From Camelus ferus (lineage: Eukaryota): 64,000 nt of DNA. Location: contig NC_045697.1 in the NCBI RefSeq assembly GCF_009834535.1, positions 45,076,001-45,140,000 on the forward strand, read 5' to 3'. Each line of letters starts with the position of its first letter. Within the stretch, counting starts at the first letter, position 1. The notes below the pieces were generated by a model. It did not search any database. It saw only the letters and a list, made by a program, of their open reading frames with translations, and was not told where the DNA came from. Both the position numbers and the translations under genes were made by a program. Positions 1-13,006 of the stretch are shown here, in pieces.

Positions 1-210
1 GCATGCCCTTCTCACTGGCTGGAATACAAATGTGGCAGAAGCTGAAATAGCCACCTCAGACCAAGAGAGCATGGCAGAGAAACAACATAGAACTGTTGGT
101 GGCTTGAGTTTAGACTGCCATTGCTTAAGACAGAAATCAACTTGCATCTTGTCTACATCACTGCTAATTTGGCCATTGGTACAGTAGCTGCAATGGTATC
201 CAGTGCACAA
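1..210 (+). mobile_element. MaLR LTR fragment (MLT1J/L-like), 3' part, cut by window edge
   Basis: Resembles the MLT1 3' half (ggctggaat..., gagagaaat-aaactt-like motif, ...ttggtacagtagctg). Confidence 0.55.
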
Positions 211-1739
211 TTACAAGAGGGGACAGAGTAGTCTGCATGCCCTTTGGTAAGTCACTTGGCATACAGTGTAGGTAGAAGGCAGAGCCTGGTACAGTAAGTA
301 TCAGTTAAATGGATGAAAATGCTGGGTTGCTGACACTTGTCTCCCAAATCAAGCCTGGATGAGGAAGAAGAGATAAAGAGGCTACCTTCTATCTCTGAGG
401 ATAAGGTGATGAACAGAACTCTGCCTAGCAGAGAACCCCATCTTGAATTCTAACATAGTAAACACAGATATCTATCATATCCTGAATTTTCGAGAAATTC
501 TCCTTAGAACTGAGGCAAACAAATTCCTACTGAAAATATTCAAACTCAAACACCCATTATCTGGTCAAATAACATTTCTATTGACATTTATTGTATGTAA
601 GTGCTGTCATCAGTTTGGAAAATTTATAACTATCCTTTGGTATTTGGCATAATATTCTATTCTCTCATCATCTGGAGTGGGTTTGGATTCCCTGGGACTC
701 TGGGGAATCATCTTGGACTTCGGCTTTTGCTATAACTCTGTTACACAGGGTTTTATGGGAACAGTAAGTTGTTACCTCATACCCCATTCTAGATCCACTC
801 TCCTTTTATTAACATAAAATAACACTTATGATTTTGGCTTAATAAATTAACCCTCTGAAACATCGACTGTTACTGCTACCACATGTTATTAGAGTCCATG
901 TCATTTTTTCCCACCATCTCTTTCCTCAGAATGGCAGACAAAATAACATGCACATAGTAGGCAGGTAGTGCTTGTGCACTGACAGTTAAATGAATATGGA
1001 AGTTTAGTTTCATCTTACCCTTGTTCACAATGGTTGTTGAATAGTGTTCTATGCGAGTGACCTACTATATCTACTAAAGACAAAAAAATTTTAATCAATA
1101 CCATTAGCACTGTCCTATAAATGTTAAAGTAACCAGAGGTGAAAGTACATTTCCCTTATATTTGGTTTCCTGGATTCTCACTACCACCCAAGCAAAACCT
1201 AGGCTGACGTTTACTACAATAGGTCCATTGGTAAGAGTTCAACTGGATGAAAAATGCAGCCTGATTCAAAAGTACAAGAAGTCTTTCCATCCCAACATCC
1301 CTAACAGGCAAGATGACTGTATAAATGGCTTTATAAACTCCAAAGAGTTGGAATAAGATTAAACAAATATACTTATGCCAATGGCAGTTCAATTTATGTC
1401 CTCCTGTATGCATAGAAACCTATTCAATTCTGGCTCCCAAAACCTACTGGAAATAAGTGAAATGTGAACAATTAATATCTATAGAACATATTTTATTAGG
1501 CTTATAAAATTCATTAATTCAGAAACAGGTAGATGCCTATACACTAAGAAAATAGGAAACAGCAAACTTAAACAAAAATCATTCTTGTTCTGTGATCTTG
1601 CTTTACAGCTTATCTATAAAAGCTGAGATATATAACACAACATACATGGCCCAACTGCCCAAACATATCATGATGTACTTTTTTTTGGATATATTAATCA
1701 ATTTATTTGTCAATGACCAGCAAACCAGGAAACAGAAAC

Positions 1740-1960
1740 CATCTTAGGGACAGGATGAGCTCTTCTTTGAACAGCACTCAACCTTTCACCTCCTCACCTC
1801 CCATTCAGTCCCTAGCCTTCTGGAGTCTGGCTTTGGTCCCTAATACTCTAGCAAAAGTCTTTTTATGGTCACCACTTACATCCTAATTGCCAAATTAGAA
1901 GTGCACATTTTATTGCTTACCTTACTAAAACTTACTGCGCTTTTAAATTTGTATCATGAT
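1740..1960 (+). mobile_element. LINE-2 ORF remnant
   Basis: Pyrimidine-rich L2-like tract (tctggctttggtccc...ctaattgccaaatt...cttactaaaacttactgc). Confidence 0.45.
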
Positions 1961-2002
1961 GCACTTGATGGTAAAGTATGAGATAAATGTTTTGTTAACA
2001 GT

Positions 2003-2047
2003 GCATGCACGCACGCGGGCACACACGCACAGACACACACACACACA
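2003..2047. repeat. Imperfect (GCAC)n/(CA)n microsatellite
   Basis: gcatgcacgcacgcgggcacacacgcacagacacacacacacaca. Confidence 0.85.
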
Positions 2048-2624
2048 ATCACCAGACCCTTGCTACTGGGGACTGTGCCATTATCAAAGGTCTTGGAGTC
2101 ATATTTGTATTCTACAGAACTACTATTTATTTTTTCCTTGTCTTGATGTGCTGACATTTTCCCATTAACACTGCCTCAGTTTCACTCCCAGAAGCCAGTT
2201 GAAAAATGTCATGTGGAACTTTTGATGGAAAAATGCTAAATAAAAATACTTCCTGGTCTGTTATTGACCCTAAAAGAAACTTTAATTTGTCCACTTGGGC
2301 GTAGGGAGAAAGATGACCTGAGACTGGCGTAGTATACATGTACTCTCTTCACATAGATCAGAGAAACGTAGTATCACTAAATTCTGAGAATTAGCTCTAT
2401 AGAATTATCAGCAGCATTAATACAGAATTTATGCAGTTTTGCTATAGTCCCAATACTGTGGGTAACCTTGAGAAAGCCAAAGGAAGATTCTCTTGGAAAT
2501 CTTACATTCTAAGCATTCTATGCCAGCCACTTATTTCCTTGAAGAAATAAACAGAAATTGAATGCCTTCCATGTGTGAGGCAGTGTGCTATAAACAGTAA
2601 TTCAGGGCAATTTGGTATAAATGA

Positions 2625-2842
2625 TAACAGCAATGATAATTATTATAATGGCTACCATTGTTTGAGAACTCTGTGCCAAGCACTAACCTAAGTTCTTCAT
2701 AGCCAGTCTCTCATTTAATCGTTTTTACAAAGGAAGCCTGGTAAGGATGGAGAACTTATTCAAGGTCACAGGCTGGTAAATGGCAGAGCTGGCATCCAGA
2801 ACTGGGCATGCCTGACTCTAGAACCTATTCCTTAACCACCTG
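2625..2842 (-). mobile_element. MIR SINE
   Basis: atggctaccattg...tgtgccaagcact...ctcatttaatc...caaggtcacag...ggcagagctgg...cctgactctagaacc...cttaaccac. Confidence 0.85.
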
Positions 2843-4102
2843 CTGGAGAGACTTTGTGAAAAATTTATTTGGATGATCTCTTTTCTATTCCTAGTTGAAA
2901 TATAATCAGTTTCCTGAGAGGACACAGGAGGATGCCAAAAAAAGTATGACCCGGCTTATAGTATGGGTCACTCTGGCTACAGTTAACCAACCTTTAGCTT
3001 TTCATTTTCCAAAAGGCCCCTTTATAAATAGCAACCCTGCACAAGAGGGAAATAATGCGTGTGCAGGCAGCGTTAGGTTGCCCCTGTAAAGACAGTTGCT
3101 TTACAAAGAACTTTAAAGGGGGACTGAACTGCAAAGAGAACACCATGAGGTTACTCAGATCAGAACTGTATCCCTCAGAAGCCTTTCCATATATTCGGGT
3201 GTCCCAGTTTATCTTCTCTGGAAGGAGGAGGCTCAGTGCTCAACTCATCCATGAGGCAATGCATTTAATTTTAAGAACTTTAACAATCTCAGTGAAGAGA
3301 ATTAAAGCGGTATTATTAAAGTTCAGTTTAATGCCAGAATCACTGTACAGCCAAGGGTAGAGCTGAAATCACCACTGGCCACTAAATTAGGCCTGTTAAA
3401 TTTTTCGTATAGGCAGTTAGGGTGCCTGGTAAAATAATGGCATCTGTTCTCTTTGGTGAACGGAGAGCAGATTGCATAAAAGTTTATGGTCTGAAGAGTA
3501 GGGAGGTAATTAGTGGCGCGATGAACTCCCCAATTGTGTCTATGTTTTTAAAGGTCATTTCCTGGATTTTATGAGCAATGGGGAATTGCATTTGGGCCCC
3601 CAAAGAAACTTTGCTTTTACTATTATGCACATTTATTTCAGCCTACCTTACTTTCGGGTTGGCTTTTGTGTGTCTGACTTTTTGCGGGGGCTTATAATCT
3701 CCTTGTCTGGGGGTTTGGGTGGGGCAGGATCGTGCCTTACTCATTATTTTTGTGCCCGAAGCACCAAGCATAATTCTTTCCGTATCTTAGCTACTTATTA
3801 AGAAGGAGAGGAAAGTGGTAGAGAAAGGAAGTGAAAGAAATTCTCATTTTGTTTATCTGAGATCACTGTTTTCAAATTACCTGGGTTCAGGTATGCCTTT
3901 TCATTATATGCCTTCTGAAACCTCTCTAACGAACAGCTTAGTGACAGAATTCAACTTTACCTTAAAAGATGTTTGCTTACAGAATAAATCCTAAAAAGCT
4001 CTATTCATTTGCAAAAGGCAGAAACTGCAATTTTTACACTAAGGACTTTCAAAGAGAATCACAGATAAGAGACATGTGGAGATTAAAACAAAATAGAAGA
4101 AA

Positions 4103-4141
4103 AGAGAGAGACAGAGAGAGACAGAGAGAGAGAGAGAGAGA
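4103..4141. repeat. (GA)n/(GAGACA) microsatellite
   Basis: agagagagacagagagagacagagagagagagagagaga. Confidence 0.9.
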
Positions 4142-4169
4142 AGGTTTTCACTCAAGCTTTGTGGCGTGG

Positions 4170-5310
4170 AAGTGGTTTCCTTCCTTTACTACACCGGTGA
4201 GAGTGATCTTGCCAAGGTCAGTAGGAAAATCCTAATTGCTAAACCCAGAGTACATTTCAATCCTTCGCCAACTTGTCTCAATTGACCTCTTCTCAAAAGT
4301 TGTTCCTCTCTTGGCTTTTATGAGAGCTTACTGTTCTAATTCTCATCTGACCTTCTCAGGTCTTTTTCGCTATTTCATCTTCTTTCAGTAATACCTCCAA
4401 TTCTGTGTTCCCCATTGTTCCTTCCTGGTGCACTGAAAAAAATCAGCTCTCTCTCCTTGAGCAATGTACTTTATTTTCTTGTTTCATTTGCTCAACATGC
4501 TCGAAACTAAACTGGTTAACTTCTCTTTCCCATCTTCTGATTCCACTGCTCTGCAAATGTTCTGTTCTTCTCTCAGTGAATGCTCTACCTTCTACCCAGC
4601 AATCCAAGCCAGATACCTGAGTGTCAGCCACGATTCTTCCCCCTCCCTCATCCATCCAGTCAGCCACCCAATTCAGATGGCTCTAAACACTTATGTCTCA
4701 CCCTCTTCTTCCCTATCATGATCGCTGTCACTCAGGCCCCCGTCATCTCTCACCTGGCTTCGGAGGAACCCTCTAAGTGGTTTCCCTAACTTCACTCTCA
4801 TCTTCTTCTTTCAATATCTCATCAATATCAGTACAGCGTTATCCTTTCAAATTGCAAATGTGATCAAGTTACTTACTTGACTAAGAGATGAGATGGCTTC
4901 CCACTGACTGCCGAGTTAGTCTGAGTCTCTCTGAATAGTAGAGTGAGGCGCGAGTGACATACTCCCCTGCCCCTGACCTCAGCTCCCATTACTCACCACC
5001 CCAAACCTGACACTCCACTCTCTACTTCATGACTCTGCCACTGTGCGTGCTGTTCCTTCTACTTCTTCCTGCCGAATCCCCTCCTCTTTTGTAAAATTCA
5101 CTTCTACTTCTCATTTGCCCCTCCTACAACCTGTATTTTAACCTGAATTACAGCTGTACTTTGTGTGTTTTCTATTACAGCAGTGCTCTCACTTGGTTGA
5201 AATTGCTTGCATCTCTGCCTCCTCTTAATGATGAAGCCCTTTTCTTATCTGGTCTTCCTCAAGGTGTGGCACATTGCATGGCTCATGCCAGGACTGGATG
5301 GTCCATAAAC
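4170..5310 (+). mobile_element. LINE-2, long degraded 3' portion
   Basis: Characteristic L2 motifs (tgctcaacatgctcgaaactaaact, cccagcaatccaagccaga, tgtgatcaagttactt, gtgtggcacattgcatggctca). Confidence 0.75.
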
Positions 5311-6409
5311 CTCGTGGGTGCCTATGAATACCTTGTCTATTCACTTCACTGCAACCCAGAATTCAGAACTCATTCAGACCCACAATCCAGAACTCATCTC
5401 TCCACTCACACATTTTAGGATTTCCTTGGCCAGTGTACCTGACTCTAAACTTTCATTAGTGAGGAAAGTTAACACTCCTCACAGTTGATTAATACCTGTT
5501 ATTATGCTGAAGCTCATCATAACAAAGGAAAGATTTTCATCAGTTGGAGACCATAAAGACAGCCCCTGACCTATGTGAATTCTGTCCTATTAACTGATAG
5601 CAATGAGATCACTGAGGGTATAGGCATATTACCCTGGTCAGGTAAATCTACCAGATCTCTTTTATTAAATAGAATTGCAGTGGGAGTTAGAAGCGCCTGC
5701 TCTGCCTTTAGAAGGTGAGGGTGATCATGGTCAGTGTTTCCAGGTGCTGTCTGTACAAAGAGGAGGAAAAATGGTTACTGGCTCCAGCTTGGACTTTGGA
5801 TAGCAGGTCAGTCACGAGAGAAAGTTTGGCCTTTTGTACCTTGAAAATATCTGACCTGTTTAAAATTGGACATTCTGATAGAGAAATGCCAAGTGTGAAA
5901 AGATGAGAGCTTTGGACATACCAATTTAAGTGTCCCACAGAGAGGAGTTTGTAGCACTAAAATTTACACTCTTTTGTTTTAGTTAATAAGGTAATCATAA
6001 AAATAAAGTTCAGTGGTATACTTCTTTAAGAGGCGAAGAGATACCAAAAAAAGAAAAAATCAAGAATCCTCACACAATTTCATTTCAGCATGGACCAACT
6101 CTTACTATAGAAAAATATACGCCTATAATTATATAACCAAAAAGTGTTCGTTAAATGCAGTAGACAGACATCATTGGATCATAGTGCTAGGTATTCTGGG
6201 AGATACTAAGGAAGTTATCCTGTCTTAAGGGGTACGGAATTACTCACTCAGCATTGGAGGGTAATTTAAATGTCAGCTAGCCCAACTTCTCACCTAGTGT
6301 TAAAATCTATCCTCCCAAGTATCTGCCAAACCTCCTCTGAATATCTCCAGTTAGAGGGAGCTTTCCACCTCCTGAGGCAGTTCATGTCGTATTTAAATAG
6401 CTGTTAATA

Positions 6410-6640
6410 TTAATGATAATAAATAAAATTTATTGAGTGCTTACTATGTGCCAGACACAGGGCTAAGCATTTTATCTTCAAAAATCCTATTTAATCTTTA
6501 CTACAACCTTGGAAAGTGGTACTGTTATTATTTCCATTTTACAGGTGATAGGGAGGGGGGGAATGGGCACCTCCCCAACATCACACAGCTGGTAAGTAGA
6601 AGACCCACTTTGACTACTGGGTCTGCATTCTTCAATAGTA
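6410..6640 (-). mobile_element. MIR SINE
   Basis: tttattgagtgcttactatgtgccagacac...atttaatctttactacaacctt...ccattttacaggtga...atcacacagctggtaagt. Confidence 0.9.
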
Positions 6641-6729
6641 TACACATGCAGTCTCTCTCCCTCAGCTTCTTCCCTGTGTTGACCTGAAACCTACCTTCCT
6701 ATATCTTCTATTCATGGGTCCCAGTTCTT

Positions 6730-6987
6730 TTTTTTTTTTTTTTTTTGTATTGTGTCCTGTTTTTTAATTCTTATTTTTTATTGAAGTGTAGTCAATTTGC
6801 AATATTAGTTTCAGGTATACAGCAAAGCGATTCAGTTATACTCATTCAGTTATATTCAGTTCTATATGTATGTATTTTCAGATTCCTTTCTGTTACAGCT
6901 CATTGCAAGAAACTGAATATAGTTCCCTGTGTGGTACAGTATGTTTTTGTTATTTATCTCTTTTATATATAGTGATTAACAGATACA
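6730..6987 (-). mobile_element. 5'-truncated young L1 (3'UTR and poly-A) with TSD and a 16-bp 5' inversion
   Basis: Poly-T, then ttattgaagtgtagtc...gtttcaggtatacagcaaagcgattcagttata...gaatatagttccctgtg; TSD catgggtcc(c/t)a(g/a)ttctt at 6713-6729 and 6988-7004. Confidence 0.92.
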
Positions 6988-7492
6988 CATGGGTCCTAAT
7001 TCTTAATGAAATAACACTAAACATGTCCAGTCTCTTGCCACATGATAGCTCTTCAAATAGTTGAAGACAGTTATCTTACCCACTCTACTCTTTCAGTCTT
7101 TCTACTGGATACATAATTGCATTGCCTTCTATTTTTCCTTGTGTGAGATGGTTTCTAGGCCTTTCAGCATCATGGTCACAGTTCTCTGGACAAACCCGAC
7201 TTCAGCATCTTATACTTGTAACACAGCATAAAATCATATTAGCTTTGTTGTAAGAGTGGAAACCCAAGGTTGAGTCATGTGCTTGTGCTCAACCAAAGCC
7301 CCTGAGTGTTTTGTGTGTATGTTGGTAAGCTATAGCACTGCTATCCTGTACTCACACAGTTGGGTTTTTGAACTTGAATTCAGAGCTTTCTACTTAACTC
7401 AGTTATATTTTATCTCCATAGTATAGTTTATTGTCTTAAAATGCTTAACTCTTTTAGGATCAAGATTCTGCCATCTAAAAATTTTTACCCTT

Positions 7493-7997
7493 TGTATTCA
7501 TTGTTTGCCATGTACGAAGCCATCCCCAACTTGGTGGATTCAAATAACAATTTGGCTTCTAATTCTGCATGTCTGAACTTAGACTGGGCTCAGCTCAGTG
7601 GTTCTTTTGGATTTGACTGGGCTGATTCATTCATCTGTGATCAGCTGCTGGATCAGCTGGGGGCTGGTGGGTCTAGAAGAACCTCAGCTGGGATGGGTAG
7701 TCTCTGCTCTACATGGTTTCTCATCCTCCAACAGGCTAGACTTGTCCACATGTCAGAAGAGGGGTCCCAAGAAAGCAAATGAAACCAAGAGAGTTCCCAT
7801 GTGTCCTAAGGTCAGGACAGAGATGCCATCATTCTCCCTGTGTTCTATTGGCCAAAACAATTCCAAGGTCAGAACCTTCAAAGGCTGGAGAAATAGACAC
7901 CATCTCTTGATGAGAGGAGCTTCAAAGTCACTTTACAAAGAGTCTAGATAGGAAAGGAGAACATGACAATTGTGTCCATTTTTAAAAATCGACCACA
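7493..7997 (-). mobile_element. MaLR solo LTR (MLT1H/I-like)
   Basis: TG...CA ends; ctgggctcagct, ctcatcctccaacaggctag, tctattggccaaaac, catctcttgatgagaggagc; flanks ccctt/ctctt fit a 5-bp TSD (4/5). Confidence 0.85.
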
Positions 7998-9239
7998 CTC
8001 TTAGGGTCATGCCATTTGTGGATTTAATAAGCCCATCATCAAAATGATCCTTTAAAATTCAGAAGAGTTGTATTTTAATAAGATCTAAAAATAAAGTCCT
8101 ATGTAAACACACTATTTTCGCTCGTACAATCTAGTTAGGCAACCAAAATAAATACACTGTAAACAGTAAAAAAAAAAAAAAAAAGTACATGCTAAACTAT
8201 ACCATTCTGTTTGTACAGAGACATATTTAAGGATAAATCTACAAGGGCCACGAGGAGCATGCTTGTAGATAAGTTTAAACTTGATATGTATATATTTTTA
8301 AAAGGCTAGAATCTATACTGGTAGAGAGAAATTATAAAAGTGTTCATATTGGGGATTAGCAGAAGCACAGCAGGCTCAGAGAACAGACTGGTGTGAGAAT
8401 ATTGAAGACTTACTCTGCAGAATGGGAGCCAGGAGAAGGGCGATTAGGTGATGGGGGATCTGCAATGCAAGAACTTGAAACTAGGAATTTGAGTTTGATT
8501 TTGTAAGCAGTTGGACACTATGGATGGTTCTTGAACAAAAACTAAAGTGATTACAATTTCTGCACAATTAGCCTAGCATTAGTTTGAATGACACATTTTT
8601 GTAGTCAGGGAAACACTGAGAAAAACCTTATAGCTTTTTTATTCCTGATTAAAATCAAGTACCTAATACCATTTTTCCTATGATGGTAAAAAAAATATGA
8701 CCTAAATAATTATCCTGCCAATAAGTTTCATTTCTGCCAGTTTAAGGAGAAGACAGAAAGAGGTGAATCCGTTCTTTCACTTTAAGTAAAGAGGAAGTAT
8801 AATTTTGCATCTGCTTCAATCTGAGTCATCCTATCACGTGTGGAGATTTTTCAAGGTTATTTCCCCCAATGGCAAAATGATAATTTTTAGAAATTAAATG
8901 CTGATGTTTTGAAAATTCAAAAACTTAGTGATTGAAGAAAACTCTGAGTACTCACATATGCCTTAGCTTCCTTTCTGGTGTAGACGCGCTACTTACCATA
9001 AGAGAATGTAACAGTGCTCCAACGTTCTCAGATATTCTTAGTCTGAGTCCTACTATAGGGTCTCTGCAAATAATGAAATCTGTCTCTCATCAGTGTTCCA
9101 ATGGCAGAACAACCAGAGTGTTGGAAAAATTATTGAATGTTCGGAAGACAGTATGAGACCCCCTTAGGAAAAGCATGATAGCCAGTCAGAAATTCCACTG
9201 CTAGGTACATAGTGTAATAAAGGCCATCTTGACTACTTG

Positions 9240-10990
9240 TCTGAAGACCTTTCTGGAATACATCCTTTCTAGAAGAAATCAATTTAAATCCTCATTTCCC
9301 TTGCACACTGAAGTGAATTCCAGATTGATCCAAGACTTGAATATTTAAATACACACACAATAATGTCCTGGGAAAATAGTTAATGATCTGATATTGTAAT
9401 AGATTCTCTTTAAGCTTAAAAGTATTGGAACCCTAGTGCACTAATGGATCTAGGAAACAAATGTCAATGACCATTAAAAATGTTAGCTCAAATGCTGATT
9501 AGGAATTTTATAAAGGATAGATCAGGCTGACAATCTTTGCAACCAGTAGTTAATTTTAACATCGCTAAACGTGGGATAGTATTCACATATTATATGTCCC
9601 ATGACATGATGCCAAGGCAGGTTCACAGCACCTCCCATGAAGTATTCTGCCCTCCAAACTTACACCTGAAGTTTATCAAATCTGTAGATCCAACTATCAC
9701 TTGGTAGACAATTCAAGGGACAAAGAAACGTGGTAAATGACATCACAAGAATACAGTCATCCAAATCCAGAAAATGGGATATTTCTTTGGACAGATGATG
9801 ACCCAGTTTCTTCAGCAAATACATGGCATGGAACCTAAAAGGGAGGGGAAACCTCAGTGACATATCAGCCAAGTACAGCACATGGACTTATTTGAATTTG
9901 GACTCAAAAGTCCAATTCTGAAGTGACATTTTTTTTAATTAGAGAAAATTGAGCCTGACTGGATATTAGATATTAAGAAATTATTATCAGTGTTGAGTGT
10001 GTTGGTTGTCATTTGAAAAGTTCTTATCAGCTAGAGGTATATATTCTGAAGTACTTACATGTGACATGATATTATGTCTGAGGTTTACTTTAAAACACTT
10101 CAGCAAAAGAACAATGAGGGGAAGGGAGCTGATAGATAAAACAAGAATTGCAGAATGTTGACAGTTATTGTGCTGAGTAATGAATACCTTGGGTTCATTT
10201 TAATATTCACTTTACTTTTGTTTATGTTTGGAAATGTCTGTTTAGATTACTTGATAGTTGTTGGAAAAATCATGAAGGCAAAGGTTAATATAATCTACTA
10301 TATAAACAAATTTAAGTATTTCTATGCCTTAAACAACAGACTGGGGAAAATATTTCTTACAAATATGGCAGACAAAGAGTTAACATTCATTTTAATACAT
10401 TTATATGTGTGTGTTTGTGTGTGTATACACACACATATACACACACGTACTGATAGGGCAAATACTAAGAACCCAACAGCTAAAGGATATAAACATAGAA
10501 ATCAGAAGGGGAAATGCAAATTGCTTAAAATATCCCTTTGGAAATAATCATAAAAAAAGCAAGTTGAAAATTTTTGAACCGCTAAAATGAGCAATTCTCT
10601 AGAACATATATGCCTTTTATGTCCTGGAAAACAATCATTTCCTATGATCAATAGAGAAATTTTTTAAAATAGTAGCAGCCTTTTTATTAAATGCCAAAAA
10701 AGTGTCATGTGTTGTACAGTAAGAACTATTTTTGGAAAGTCTTTCTAACACTTCTCCAGTGCTGATAAAATCCTGGCCAAGAATCCCTGCTGGGCCTGAA
10801 GAAGGAGTGCTTGGAAAAAATGAACTGAGAGGGAGGGTTGAACAAGGGTGCTTCTAGGGGTGTTGACAATGTTGTTAATTTGGTTGATGGCCATATGGGT
10901 GTTCCTTTATAACTATTTCTTAATAGTGATTTCTTATTTGTACATACAAATTTCATTCCCTTTAAAATAAATGCATTATATTTTGTAATA
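9240..10990 (+). mobile_element. Old L1M (L1MC/L1ME-type) fragments
   Basis: L1 ORF2 and 3'UTR-like motifs (attccagattgatccaagacttgaat, catccaaatccagaaaatgg, ctggggaaaatattt...gacaaagagttaacattc, aagggtgcttctaggggtgttgacaatgtt). Confidence 0.7.
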
Positions 10991-12424
10991 ACTTCTTTTA
11001 AGTAAATTCCAAAAAGTATAGTCACCCACATGCCTTGAGTTGCCTTATGTGCTGGATGTCCTGAAATCACTCTGATTGAGCAGAAGAGCATGACTGCCTT
11101 GGAATGGAGTGGGTGTGAGGTTCTATAATGGTAGAAGCTGTTTCCCAAGAGGAACTCAACTCATGTTTGGCTGTAGGGGTTCCCCAGAGGCATTGTTGGC
11201 TGTTGGATGAGTGTTCAGCTCTGGAACTACCCTAAAATTAGAATACTGCAGGAAAACCCAAGAATCCCCTGAGACTGTTTTTTCTTTTTAAAATCCCAAC
11301 CATATGGGATGTGTTTAATGACCAGAAGTGATCTGTGTATATTATACATAACGATACTGGCATCAGGACTTTCTAAGAATGGGCAGACTCTAAGATGGTT
11401 TTCTAATTGTGAAGATGGATTTATTGTTAATTATTTTAATCCTCTTACCTAGTTCTTCCAGGTGACTAACATGTGTTTGCAAGATGGAGGGCAAGGGTAA
11501 AGGAGTGGATGATTTGGTTAAGCTATGATCTTAAAATTAACCAGGTTGGTTCTCCAACGTTTGCTTTCAGCTTTAAGATGCTGTGCACGATTTGTAATTG
11601 ATGTATCCAGGCTTGTGTGGTAAGCAATTGTATCTGGTCAATATCAAATCCTATTATTAGCATCAGGTACCCAACAATGATTTCCCATGGTCATGCAAGG
11701 AAAAAAAAAAGATGAATGATAAAACAACCCCAAATTATCAAAGAAAGTTGTGACTGTTTGTTGATAAAACTGTGGAGGTAATTTGTTAGAAAGTGATTTT
11801 TTTAAAAAAACCTCTTGTGTCAGACAAATGGGAAAATATAAATACAATAATAATTCACCTTTAATGGCTTCTAATAATTCATTGCCTTCTTAATCATTTA
11901 GAACAAGGAACTAAGACTTTTCCTGAAACCATACAACTTAGTTATACACTATAATTTTCTCTCCCCAGTTCTCTCCAACTTTGTCAAGTTACCTGGGACC
12001 TGAATATTATACTCTATCCTCAAGAAAGTCTCTCCCAGGGACAAGAGATTTCGTCTAAGTTTCATCCGTTAGTTTGAAATATCAATTAATGACAAATAGT
12101 AATTGTATTTGACTTGATTATTTACAATAGAATTTGGATATCTTTTCTTGGTTCTTAAGAAAAAAAACTCTTCTTCTGATTATGGAAGTAATATTCCCTT
12201 GTTCTTCCTCATTATGGGTAATTTGGAAATTCAGGGAAGGTTAGAAGGAAACAAAAATTCCCTCAATCCAAAGATAACCACAGGTAACATTTTGGTGTAT
12301 TTTCTTCCTACTTATGCATACATTTGTGTTATATAACCGAGATTATTCAACATACACAGTATTCAGTCAGCTTTAACTTTACATTATTGCATGAGCATTT
12401 ATAACATCATTACATAGATTTTTA

Positions 12425-13006
12425 TTTTTTATTTAACATTTTTTATTGATTTATAATCATTTTACAATGTTGTGTCAAATTCCACTGTAGAGCACAATTT
12501 TTCAGTTATACATGAACATATATATATTCATTGTCACATTTTCTTCTGTGAGCTACCATAAGATCTTGTATATATTTCCCTGTGCTATATAGTATAATCT
12601 TGTTTATTCTACATTTTGAAATCCCAGTCTATCCCTTCCCACCCCCCACTCCCTTGGCAACCACAAGTTTGTATTCTATGTCTTTGAGTCTGTTTCTGTT
12701 TTGTATTTGTGTTTTGTTTGTTTGTTTGTTTGTTTTTTAGAGTCCACATGTGAGCAATCTCATATGGTATTTTTCTTTCTCTTTCTGGCTTACTTCACTT
12801 AGAATGACATTCTCCAGGAGCATCCATGTTGCTGCAAATGGCATTATGTTGTCGGTTTTTATGGCTGAATAAGTATTCCATTGTGTAAATATACCACATC
12901 TTCTTTATCCAGTCATCTGTTGATGGACACTTAGGCTGTTTCCATGTCTTAGCTATTGTAAATAGTGCTGCTATGAACATTGGGGTGCGTGTGTCATTTT
13001 GAAGTT
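12425..13006 (-). mobile_element. 5'-truncated young L1 (end of ORF2 and 3'UTR) with perfect 16-bp TSD
   Basis: ORF 12795-12980 [36 protein letters not shown] is the L1 ORF2 C-terminus; TSD attacatagattttta at 12409-12424 and 13007-13022; TT/AAAA endonuclease site on the minus strand. Confidence 0.97.

Larger units (their letters stand above)
6240..8050 (-). mobile_element. L3/CR1 LINE, fragmented by later MIR, L1 and MLT1 insertions
   Basis: CR1-like segments at ~6240-6400, 6650-6720, 7005-7490 and ~8000-8050 (ctctgaatatctccagt...gggagct, gacctgaaacctaccttcct, cttcaaatagttgaagacag). Confidence 0.6.

Noticed and set aside
1156..2339. Short ORFs at 1156-1413 and 2127-2339 with possible splice acceptors, as coding exons
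   Set aside because: No recognisable protein, no matching strong donors, and no consistent multi-exon frame
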